Source: an uncultured Candidatus Rokubacteria bacterium
GTDB lineage: Bacteria; Methylomirabilota; Methylomirabilia; Rokubacteriales; DASRDR01
Direction of reading: 5' to 3'
Assembly (NCBI GenBank): GCA_963805625.1
Contig: CAWDVE010000016.1
Span: 96,001-160,000, forward strand
DNA length: 64,000 bases
The translations under genes and the position numbers were made by a program. The notes under the pieces were generated by a model. That model saw only the letters and a list, made by a program, of their open reading frames with translations, had not been told where the DNA came from and ran no database searches. Below are positions 29,707 through 38,225 of this stretch, one piece after another (the stretch's first letter is position 1; each line of letters starts with the position of its first letter).

Positions 29707-30501
29707 TCAGACGTACTCCATCCGGCCGCCGTTGATGTCGAGGACGGCGCCGTTCACGAACGCGGCGCCGTCGGAGGCGAGGAAGACCACGGCCGCGGCG
29801 ATCTCCGCGGGCTTTCCGATGCGGCCGACCGGGATCTGCTTCGCGAGCGTGTCGAGACGCTCCCGGGGGAGCGAGCTTCCCAGGCGCTCGGTGTCCACGT
29901 AGCCCGGGGAGACGGCGTTGACCGTGACACCGTGCGGCCCGAGCTCCCGTGCGGCGGTGCGGGTGAGCGCGATGACGCCCGCCTTCGCGGCGCCGTAGTG
30001 CCCGAGCGTGGGCCGCCCGCCGATGCGGCCGTGGATGGACGAGGTGTTGACGACCCGGCCCCAGCGCTGCCGCACCATGTGGGGCGCCGCGTGCTTCAGG
30101 CAGAGGAACGTCCCGGTGAGGTGGGAGTCCATCATGAGGTGCCAGGTGGCCTCGTCGAGATCGAGGAGGGACACGTTGAGCTGGGCGCCGAGGGCGCCCG
30201 CGTTGTTGACGAGGACGTCGAGCCGCCCGAGGGTCCGGACCACCGCGTCGACGGCCAGACGGACCTCATCCGACCGGCGGACGTCCGCCTGGACGACCAG
30301 CGTGCGCCGGCCGGCGGCCTGGCACCGTCGCGCCGTCTCCGCGGCGCCGGCAAGGTCCGTGTGGGCGAGGATCGCCACGTCGGCCCCGGCCTCGGCGAGG
30401 GCGACCGCCTCCGCGCGCCCGATCCCCGCCGCCCCGCCCGTGACCAGCGCCACGCGCGGCTCGCTCCACGTCCCGTGGGCCCCGTGCCGCTCGTCGCTCA
30501 C
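29707..30501 (-). CDS. SDR family oxidoreductase (FabG-like)
   Basis: TGGAAGIG, NNAG, YGAAK and VNAVSPG motifs. Confidence 0.92.
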   Translation of the reverse strand: MSDERHGAHGTWSEPRVALVTGGAAGIGRAEAVALAEAGADVAILAHTDLAGAAETARRCQAAGRRTLVVQADVRRSDEVRLAVDAVVRTLGRLDVLVNNAGALGAQLNVSLLDLDEATWHLMMDSHLTGTFLCLKHAAPHMVRQRWGRVVNTSSIHGRIGGRPTLGHYGAAKAGVIALTRTAARELGPHGVTVNAVSPGYVDTERLGSSLPRERLDTLAKQIPVGRIGKPAEIAAAVVFLASDGAAFVNGAVLDINGGRMEYV

Positions 30502-30532
30502 TTGGCTCCTCGTGTCCCCGGGCAGTTGATCT

Positions 30533-30557
30533 GACGGCCTTCGGCCTGTGGGCTCAC
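30533..30557 (-). repeat. 25-nt repeat copy 2, starting a 19-aa mini-ORF (30557..30498)
   Basis: Exact match to 26816..26840; preceded by GGGAGG. Confidence 0.85.
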
Positions 30558-30650
30558 CCGGTCCTCCCGCGTCCCCGGCGGGAGCCGCTGGCCGGCAGGC
30601 CCGGACGGACGCCGTCGTCGATCATATCCTGTCCTGCCGCCATCCGCCCG

Positions 30651-31487
30651 TCAGCCCTTGAGACCGGTCATCGCGATGCCGCGAATCATGAACTTCTGGG
30701 AGACGGCGTAGGCGAGCAGCATTGGCCCGGTCGAGATCACGGCCGCGGCCATCAGCGGCCCGTAGTTGATGTTCCCGTACGGGTCCTTGAAGAGCGCCAT
30801 CCCCACCGGGAGCGTGCGGAGGTCCGCCGAGTTGATGACGATGACTGGCCACAGGAAGTCGTTCCAGGACCCGAGGAAGAGGATCATGGCGACGGTCGCG
30901 AGCATGGTGCGGACGAGCGGGGAGATGAGGGTGAGGACGATCCGGATCTCGCCGGCGCCGTCGATCCGCGCCGCCTCGATGAGCTCGGTCGGAACCTGTC
31001 GAATGGCCTGGCGCAGGAGGAAGACGCCGAAGGCACTCGCGAAGTTGGGCGCCAGGATTCCGGCGTACGTGTCGACCCAGCCGATCCGCGAGAGAAGGAC
31101 GTAGAGCGCGACGGAGGTCACCTGGACGGGCACCATCAGCGTGCTCAGGATCAGGAGGAAGAGCACGTTCTGGAGCGGGAACCGGTAGACGGCGAAGGCG
31201 TAGCCGGCGAAGAGCCCGAAGACGAGCGAGCCGCCCACCGAGACGACGGCGACCACGAGGCTGTTCCAATAGTAGAGGAGCCAGGGCGCCTTCTGGAGCG
31301 CGTACTGAAAGTGCTCGAACGTCACTCGACTCGGCCACCACATTGGGGGAAACGCCATGACGTCGGGGGCCGGGCTCAGCGCGGTGACGAGCATCCAGTA
31401 GAAGGGTAGGATCATGAGGACGGCCACGCCGGCGACGAGGACCAGCAGCACGAGCGTCCCGAGCGCGCGGAGCGGCGACCCCCACAT
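30651..31487 (-). CDS. Carbohydrate ABC transporter permease (MalG-like)
   Basis: ELIEAARIDGAG EAA loop; WNDFLWP. Confidence 0.93.
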   Translation of the reverse strand: MWGSPLRALGTLVLLVLVAGVAVLMILPFYWMLVTALSPAPDVMAFPPMWWPSRVTFEHFQYALQKAPWLLYYWNSLVVAVVSVGGSLVFGLFAGYAFAVYRFPLQNVLFLLILSTLMVPVQVTSVALYVLLSRIGWVDTYAGILAPNFASAFGVFLLRQAIRQVPTELIEAARIDGAGEIRIVLTLISPLVRTMLATVAMILFLGSWNDFLWPVIVINSADLRTLPVGMALFKDPYGNINYGPLMAAAVISTGPMLLAYAVSQKFMIRGIAMTGLKG

Positions 31488-31489
31488 GA

Positions 31490-32395
31490 TCAGTAGCTGA
31501 CCTCGAAGCGCTTGCTGTAGACGTACTGGACCACGGTCACCCCGAGGATCAGCACGAAGAGCACGGTCGCCTCGGCTGCCGCGTAGCCAAAGTTGTAGCG
31601 CTCGAAGGCCTGGCGGTAGAGGTCGAGGACGACGACGTTGGTCGAGCCGGCCGGTCCTCCGCTCGTGAGCACGAAGACCTGGTCGAACACCTGGAAGGCC
31701 TGGATCGAGTTGTAGATGAGGAGGAACGCGGTCGTCGGCGCGAGCAGCGGAAACGTGATACGTCGGAATCGCTGAAAGGCCCCGGCCCCGTCGATCCGCG
31801 CTGCCTCGAGGAAGCTCTCGGGGATCGCCTGGAGCCCGGCCAGGTAGATGACCATGTTGTAGCCGAGCCCTTTCCAGATGCTGAACAGGATGATGGACAG
31901 CAGCGCGGTCCGGCTCGACATGAGCCACGGCTGGATCGGCAGGCCGACCAGGCGGAGGAGCACGTTGAAGAGGCCGAACTGCGGGTTGTACAGCCACCAC
32001 CAGACCACCGCGGCGGCGACCGTGCTGGTGACCATCGGCGCGAAGTAGAGGGCCTTGAAGAGCTCGCGCAGCGGAAACCGCGTGTCGAAGACGACCGCGA
32101 AGAGGAGACCGAGGGCCGCCGAGACCGGCACGATGACGAGCACGTAGACGAGGGTGTTCCAGGCCGCCCGGTGGAAGGTGGGATCGGCCAGGAGCTCCTG
32201 GAAGTTCTCGAGCCCGATGAAGGTGAAGCGCCCCCGCAGGAGCTCCACCCGGTAGACGCTGTACAGGAGCGTCTGGAGCGAGGGGACGACCCGAAAGGCT
32301 CCGAAGAGGAGGACGATCGGAGCGACGAACAGGTAGGCGTGCCACACGTGCCGGGCGTGGAGCCGGGCGATCAGCCGGCGAGTCGAGTGCACCAT
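31490..32395 (-). CDS. Carbohydrate ABC transporter permease (MalF-like)
   Basis: GLENF, LAGLQAIP..EAARIDGAG and TSGGP motifs. Confidence 0.93.
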   Translation of the reverse strand: MVHSTRRLIARLHARHVWHAYLFVAPIVLLFGAFRVVPSLQTLLYSVYRVELLRGRFTFIGLENFQELLADPTFHRAAWNTLVYVLVIVPVSAALGLLFAVVFDTRFPLRELFKALYFAPMVTSTVAAAVVWWWLYNPQFGLFNVLLRLVGLPIQPWLMSSRTALLSIILFSIWKGLGYNMVIYLAGLQAIPESFLEAARIDGAGAFQRFRRITFPLLAPTTAFLLIYNSIQAFQVFDQVFVLTSGGPAGSTNVVVLDLYRQAFERYNFGYAAAEATVLFVLILGVTVVQYVYSKRFEVSY

Positions 32396-32444
32396 GAGCT
32401 GGGATCGAGAGAATCGGACCGGATCGTTCGCGAATCACCCGCGA

Positions 32445-32476
32445 GGACCTGGAGCCGGCACGCCGGCTCCAGGTCC
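32445..32476 (-). terminator. Hairpin between the sugar-binding protein and permease genes
   Basis: ggacctggagccgg-cacg-ccggctccaggtcc; 14-bp perfect stem. Confidence 0.65.
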
Positions 32477-32488
32477 CGGGTGGAGGAT

Positions 32489-33778
32489 CTACTTGGCGGC
32501 GTCGGCGATCGCCTTGTTGGCCGCCCGCTCGGCCTCGGCGAGGGCATCCTCCAGCTTGGCCTCGTGGTGCCAGGTCTTCTGGATGGCTCCGCCCATGGCG
32601 TCCATCACGCCGTTGAGTCCGAGGTTCACCGGGAGCGGCTTGCCGTAGGGATAGATCTGCTTGAGCGCCTGATCGTAGGCGTTCGACTTGAACGGCTCCT
32701 TGTCCCAGTTGGCCTTGTAGCGAGGGGTCGCCGCGTACTTTTTGCACATCTCGAAGTCCTGCTCGGGCGTGTTGATCCACTCGAGGAGCTGCCAGGCCGC
32801 CTCGCGATTCTTCGCCATCTTCGGCACCGTGTAGAGCCAGCTGCCGAGCAACGTGATCGACTTGTCACCCGCCTTGCGGACCGGGGGTGTCGCCAGGCCC
32901 CACTTGAGGTCGGGCGCTTCCTTCGGGGCCCGCTCGTGGATCGACACGGTCTCGCTGATCTGCATGGACGCGAGACCCTTGAGCAGCGCCGCGCGTGGAT
33001 CCGGGAAGTTCAGGCTGGTGGACTTGTCGACGTCCAGCATGTCGAGCACCAGCTTGAGGGCGGCCCGACCGCCGTCGTTGTTGAAGTTCACCTTGCCACC
33101 CCGCAGCGCGAGCGGATCGTCGACGAGAGACGCCCCGGCGCCGTAGATCGCCCAGAAGTGCTTGTGCACGACGCCGTGCGGGTGTCCGACGTGGCGGATC
33201 GCGTAGCCGACGCGCGTGATGTTGCCCTGCGCGTCGCGCTTGGTGAGCTTCTTCGCGTAGTCGCGGAACTCGTCCCAGGTTCGCGGCGGCTTCTCGGGAT
33301 CGAGACCGGCCTCCTTGAAGTGGTCCTTGTTCCAGGTCAGGCCGTAGATGTCGATCCCGTACTGCGGGTAGCCCCACATCTTGCCCTTGCCGTAGTCGGA
33401 CAGGGTACGGATCTCCGGCGAGACGGCGTCGAGCCACGCCTTGGCGCGGGCGTCGGGAACGGAGTCCAGCATCTCTTCCTTGAGGAAGCCCGGGACCCAG
33501 GAGCCGTCCACGAACAGGATGTCCCCGACGTTCTTGGCGGCGGCGGCCGCGAAGATCTTCTGCTGCATGGTGTCGTAGTCGAGGCCGACCGCCTCCACTT
33601 TCACGCCGGTCTTCGCCTCGAACGGAGCGAAGAAGCTCTTGTCGGTGAAGTGCGCGGCACCGGCCGTGATGTCTCCGGCCGGATACCAGAGCGTGACCGT
33701 CTTCGTTTGGCTCCACGCTCGCCGCGAAGCCAGGAGCGGGGCCGAGAGCGCCAGCTTGAGAATACTGCGCCTGTTCAC
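32489..33778 (-). CDS. Sugar ABC transporter substrate-binding protein with Tat signal
   Basis: NRRSILK twin-arginine signal; AGLDPEKPPRTWDE; AGGAGG RBS. Confidence 0.92.
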   Translation of the reverse strand: MNRRSILKLALSAPLLASRRAWSQTKTVTLWYPAGDITAGAAHFTDKSFFAPFEAKTGVKVEAVGLDYDTMQQKIFAAAAAKNVGDILFVDGSWVPGFLKEEMLDSVPDARAKAWLDAVSPEIRTLSDYGKGKMWGYPQYGIDIYGLTWNKDHFKEAGLDPEKPPRTWDEFRDYAKKLTKRDAQGNITRVGYAIRHVGHPHGVVHKHFWAIYGAGASLVDDPLALRGGKVNFNNDGGRAALKLVLDMLDVDKSTSLNFPDPRAALLKGLASMQISETVSIHERAPKEAPDLKWGLATPPVRKAGDKSITLLGSWLYTVPKMAKNREAAWQLLEWINTPEQDFEMCKKYAATPRYKANWDKEPFKSNAYDQALKQIYPYGKPLPVNLGLNGVMDAMGGAIQKTWHHEAKLEDALAEAERAANKAIADAAK

Positions 33779-34028
33779 GGGATACCTCCTCTTGGGCAAG
33801 TGGGAGAAGCCGGACAGATGCGGCCCGCGTATCCACCGCGAATCTTCCCGGGATGGTCCAGGAATGTCAAGTGGGACACCCGTCGAGTCCATCGGTGACA
33901 CCTCCGTTGCCCGAGGACCCCTCGCGGGCGCGGAGGCATGCGAGACTGGAGCCTCGCCGTGCTCCCCTCACGTTCGGGAAGAACGCGGTGAGGGCCCGGC
34001 GAATCGACGAACCTGAAGGAGAGCGAAG

Positions 34029-35117
34029 TTGACGAGCGTGAGAGTCGGCGTCGTTGGTGTCGGGGCCATGGGCCGCCAGTATGCCGACGCGATACGGTCC
34101 ATCGACGGACTGGAGCTTGCGGCCCTCTGCAACCGGACCCTCGCCAAGATCCAGGACCTGCCGGGGGAGAAGTTCTCGGACCACCGGGCCATGATCGCCT
34201 CGGGGCACGTGGATGCGGTTGTCATCGCCACGCCCCACTGGAGCCACCCCGCGGTGGCGATCGACGCCCTCAATCGCGGGCTGCACGTGCTGACCGACAA
34301 GCCCCTGGCCGTGCACGTGGCCGACGGCCACCGCATGCTCACCGCCCACAGGGACAAGACTCTCCGTTTCGGTGTCATCTTCAACGAGCGAACACGCCCC
34401 GTGAACGCCAGGATCCGATCCATGATCGAGGCGGGGGAGCTCGGGGAGATACGCCGGGTGATCTGGCTCGCCACCGGCCTCTTCCGCCCGCACGCCTACT
34501 ACGCGAGCGGCGGGTGGCGGGCGACCTGGGCCGGCGAGGGCGGGGGAGTTCTGATCAATCAGGCCTCCCACGACCTGGATCTTCTGCAATGGTTCGCCGG
34601 GCTCCCCGTTCGAGTCACCGCGAAACTAGCCTTCGGCAAGTACCATCCCATCGAGGTGGAGGACGACGTCAGCGCGCTGCTCGAGTATCCGGGTGGCGCC
34701 AGCGGGCTCTTCGCCGTGACGACCGGCGAGGCCCCGGGCACGAGCCGGGTGGAGATCGCCGGCGACAAGGGGAAGTTGGAGCTGGACACCGAGAGCGGCA
34801 AGCTCAGGTTCTTCCGAAACGAGGTACCGGCCTCGGAGTTCAGCCGGACCACGGAGGAGCGCTTCGCCCGGCCGTCATGCCGGGAGATCGATGTGTCCGT
34901 GGCGGACGACGGCAAAGAGAGCCACATCGTCATTCTCGAGAATTTCCGGGACGCCATCCTCGAGGGTACGCCGATCTTGGCCCCCGCGGCGGAGGCGATC
35001 CGGTCGTTGGAGATCGGCAACGCGATGCTCCTGTCCGGTCTCCTGGGGAGGACCGTCGAGCTGCCGATCGATGCCGAATTGATGGAGAGGGAGATCAAGC
35101 GGCTTGCGTCCAGGTAG
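34029..35117 (+). CDS. Gfo/Idh/MocA family oxidoreductase
   Basis: GVVGVGAMG, IATPHWSH, DKPL and GGGVLINQASHDLD motifs. Confidence 0.92.
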   Translation: MTSVRVGVVGVGAMGRQYADAIRSIDGLELAALCNRTLAKIQDLPGEKFSDHRAMIASGHVDAVVIATPHWSHPAVAIDALNRGLHVLTDKPLAVHVADGHRMLTAHRDKTLRFGVIFNERTRPVNARIRSMIEAGELGEIRRVIWLATGLFRPHAYYASGGWRATWAGEGGGVLINQASHDLDLLQWFAGLPVRVTAKLAFGKYHPIEVEDDVSALLEYPGGASGLFAVTTGEAPGTSRVEIAGDKGKLELDTESGKLRFFRNEVPASEFSRTTEERFARPSCREIDVSVADDGKESHIVILENFRDAILEGTPILAPAAEAIRSLEIGNAMLLSGLLGRTVELPIDAELMEREIKRLASR

Positions 35118-35177
35118 CGAGCCCGAGCGCATCACCGGCCGCCTGATCCAGTTCCGCACCCGGATCGCTGGCCCGGG

Positions 35178-35965
35178 CTATCGCCTTGCCAGGCCCGCGA
35201 TTTCCGACTCTCCCAGCGCCCGATTGTAGAGGCGCAGATCGCTCATGAGCCCATCGAAGTAGTCGTTGACGCCGAGGCCGATCGTGAGCGGGCGGTCGTT
35301 GTTCAGGTTGTATTCGCGCGCGTGGAAGGAGGTCGACACGGCGACGGGCGCGCCGTCCACGTAGAGCCTGAGCACACCCCCGTCGCGCACGGCGACGACA
35401 TGGCGCCATCCGGCGGGGAAGACACGATCCCACGTCGCCATCTTTCCGGCTTCCATGGCATAGACGCGCCCGGAGGGGAGCGTGCCGGCGAAGAGCTTGC
35501 CCTGGAAGACGGCCATCGACCAGACTCGCCGCAGCGGCGCGGACGCGGTATCCAGAGTGCCCATGAAGGTGAACTGCTCGTCGTCCATCCGCCACACGTT
35601 GGCCATCGGCAAGGAGCCGACGTAAGCCTTGCCGTTGTAGAGGGCCATGCCCATGATCTCGCGCTCGTAGCCGACCCGTCCCAGCAAGGTCCACGTCTCG
35701 CCGCCGTCGTAGCGGTGGACCTCTCCCTCGGGCCACGTGCCGACGTAGAGCCGACCCTGGCTGGTCACCGCTCCGTAGGTCTGCGTCGACCCCGCGGGGC
35801 AGCCGGCGTAGACCCATTCCGATCCGCTCCCATCCCTGGCCTTGGACCGGATTCGCCCAGCTGAACACCATGGTTGCGAACTCTCAGACGGGCTCCCACG
35901 GGCTCGTGTGAGTCGGCGGTGAAGGGCCAGTGGGCGATGAGGCCGCTATCGGATCGTTCGCTCAA
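35178..35965 (-). pseudogene. LamG-like jelly-roll/beta-propeller protein, internally deleted and frameshifted
   Basis: N-fragment GLIAHWPF... and C-fragment ...LYVGTWPEG...WRHVVAVRDGGVLRLYVDG...FDGLMSDLRLYNRAL meet out of frame near 35825. Confidence 0.7.
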
Positions 35966-36146
35966 GGTCGCGTCTCCTACGGGAAGTTGGTCCGGGCCCG
36001 CAGCCCGGCAGCAGCCGGATGGCGATGTGTGGGCCGTCCGCGATGAAGGTGGTCTGGGTGATGTGCGGGCCAGGAGGAACGGCTCTACGGATCTTGTCGC
36101 TGGACGTGGGTTGGCGTCGAGGGCAGGCGAGGCACCGCTCGGCCCG

Positions 36147-37295
36147 TCAGGGGCATGTACTCGTCCCGGAGTACTCGTAGGCCGCCCGGCCGGTCAGGGA
36201 GACCAGCACCTCCAGCGGGGACCGGCCTTGACGCGCCGCGACCTCGGCGAGGGACGGCCCCGCCGCGGGCTCGCTTGCAAGAAGACAGACCGGTGCTCCC
36301 GCCCGCGCGCTCTCGACCTCGCTCACGTCCACGACGGCGTGCTCCAGGGAGACCGAGAGCACCGGAGCGTCCCGGCCCTCCACGCGAACTCTCTGGCCCG
36401 CCTTCGGGACGAGGATGGAGTTCGAGTAGCCGATGGGCAGTGTGCCGAGCCGCGTCGGGCGGGTGGTCTCGTGGCCGCCGCTCGACCCGAAGCGCGCGCC
36501 GGGCGCGACGTCGCGCAGCGGGCCGAGCGTCGTCCGGACCTCCGTGAGCACGGGGTGCGTGCCGACGGGGGTCGGGAGCCACGCCGGCTCGATTCCGAAG
36601 AGGAGTTGCCCCGGGCAGACGGCGTTCGTCTCGGGCGCCTCCAGGCCGCACGCGATGCCCGCGCTCGCGAGCGCCTGCACCAGAAGCGGCCCCGCCGTGG
36701 CGGCGCGGATCTCGGCCACGACGCGCCCGAACTCCGCGAGCCGCTCTTCCACCCAGGCCGCCCCCTCGCGTCCGCCGAAGGGAAGGTGCGTGAAGACGCC
36801 CGCCAGCCTGATGCCCGGGAGCGCCGAACGGATGCGAGCCGCCAGGTGGGCGGCGTCCGCGAGTGGAACGCCGACACGCCCGAGCCCGCTGTCGACCTTC
36901 AGGAAGATCGACGGCGGGCGCGCGCCGGCCGCCCTGGCCAGCACCGTCGCCTCGGCGAAGGACTGGACGCCGACGGTGATGCCGGCCTCGAGCAGGGGGG
37001 CGGGATCGCCGCCCTCCCCGGTCGGGAAGAGCAGGATGTCGCAGGTGACGCCCCAGCAGCGGAGCGCGAGCGCCTCCGCGGGGCTCCCGAGCGACAGCCA
37101 GCGGACCCCCTCCCCCTCGAGACAGCCGGCCACCGCCCGGAGGCCGTGGCCGTACGCGTTCGCCTTGACGCACGCGATCAGCTCGGTGCCCGCCGGGAGC
37201 CTGCGCCGGACCAGGGCCAGGTTCTGTCGAAGCGTCGCGAGCGAGACGACGGCGCGCAGATGGGCGGCGGGGGCCAGCGTCTCGAGCGCGATCAC
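36147..37295 (-). CDS. Alanine racemase-fold (PLP fold type III) protein with atypical active site
   Basis: CVKANAYGHG, LKVDSGLGRVG and FTH are present; the catalytic-Tyr GYG motif is absent. Confidence 0.85.
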   Translation of the reverse strand: MIALETLAPAAHLRAVVSLATLRQNLALVRRRLPAGTELIACVKANAYGHGLRAVAGCLEGEGVRWLSLGSPAEALALRCWGVTCDILLFPTGEGGDPAPLLEAGITVGVQSFAEATVLARAAGARPPSIFLKVDSGLGRVGVPLADAAHLAARIRSALPGIRLAGVFTHLPFGGREGAAWVEERLAEFGRVVAEIRAATAGPLLVQALASAGIACGLEAPETNAVCPGQLLFGIEPAWLPTPVGTHPVLTEVRTTLGPLRDVAPGARFGSSGGHETTRPTRLGTLPIGYSNSILVPKAGQRVRVEGRDAPVLSVSLEHAVVDVSEVESARAGAPVCLLASEPAAGPSLAEVAARQGRSPLEVLVSLTGRAAYEYSGTSTCP

Positions 37296-37356
37296 TGTCT
37301 TCGGTCTCGTCGCCGATCGCTCGGCTGGTCCCGGCTCGGTTCCGCCGCCCCGACCG

Positions 37357-38154
37357 TCAGGTCGTGACGCCCGCGCGAGGGGACAGGAGGCAGTCGTCGG
37401 GAAGCGGCACGACGGGCGTGAAGTCCCGGTGGTGCTTGTAATCGGGGCGCGCGAAACGCGTCTGGGCGTTGGCGATCGGGTTGAGGATGAGCGAGAAGAT
37501 CGACCGATCCCAGGGCGACATGTTGGGTGGCGAGCCATGCACGAGGCAGTCACCGAAGATGAGCGCCGTTCCCGCCAGCCCCGTGGCCGTGACGAGCCCA
37601 CCCGCTCCCGCCAGCCGGGTCACGGTCTCGTTGTCCACGGTCCACAGCGCGTAGCTCGTGGTCTCGGTGTCGAGCGCGGTGCGGACGGGACCCTGCCGGT
37701 GCGAGCCGCGAATGAAGACCAGGGGCCCGTTGTGCTCGGACACGTCGTCCAGGAAGACGTGGAGATTCAGCGCGAGCGGCTCGGGCACGCCGTCCTCCGC
37801 GTGGTGCGTGGCGAAGTCGTAGTGCCACTGCCAGGCCTCCCCGGAGAATGCCACCTTGGCGTTGATCTTCGCCTGCTGGATGTAGAGCCGGTCGGTGTCG
37901 AGAATCTGCCGCGCCGGGTCGACGAACCGCGGATGCCGGCAGAGCCGGGCGAAGACTTCGTTCCGGAGGTGGAGGCCCATGACGGTCCGGACCTCGCCAC
38001 TCGCCTTCTCGCGAATGTTGGCCGGGGAATCCTCCGCGAACAGACGTGGGAGCTCCGCGCGCAGGACGTCGACCTCGGCCCTCGAGAAGAGCCCCGGCAG
38101 GACCAGGAAGCCCTGCGCGTGGAAGTGCGCCAGTTGAGCCGTCGTGAGCCGCAC
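37357..38154 (-). CDS. Phytanoyl-CoA dioxygenase family Fe(II)/2-oxoglutarate enzyme, EctD-related
   Basis: KINAK, WQWHYDF, NGPLVFIRGSH and VHGSPPNMSPWDR motifs. Confidence 0.9.
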   Translation of the reverse strand: MRLTTAQLAHFHAQGFLVLPGLFSRAEVDVLRAELPRLFAEDSPANIREKASGEVRTVMGLHLRNEVFARLCRHPRFVDPARQILDTDRLYIQQAKINAKVAFSGEAWQWHYDFATHHAEDGVPEPLALNLHVFLDDVSEHNGPLVFIRGSHRQGPVRTALDTETTSYALWTVDNETVTRLAGAGGLVTATGLAGTALIFGDCLVHGSPPNMSPWDRSIFSLILNPIANAQTRFARPDYKHHRDFTPVVPLPDDCLLSPRAGVTT

Positions 38155-38160
38155 GAGTCG

Positions 38161-38191
38161 AGGATAGTCGAGGCAGCGCCCGGGCTGTCAA
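38161..38191 (-). promoter_or_regulatory. Putative promoter giving a leaderless transcript of the dioxygenase gene
   Basis: TTGACA-19 nt-TATCCT, then 6 nt to the GTG start; no SD. Confidence 0.55.
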
Positions 38192-38225
38192 GGTGACCGT
38201 CCTTGTCGGGTCCCGGGCTCGGGGA

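Noticed and set aside
37357-38154. Calling this ectD (hydroxyectoine synthesis)
   Set aside because: The signature deviates at several positions and no ectABC is in the window.
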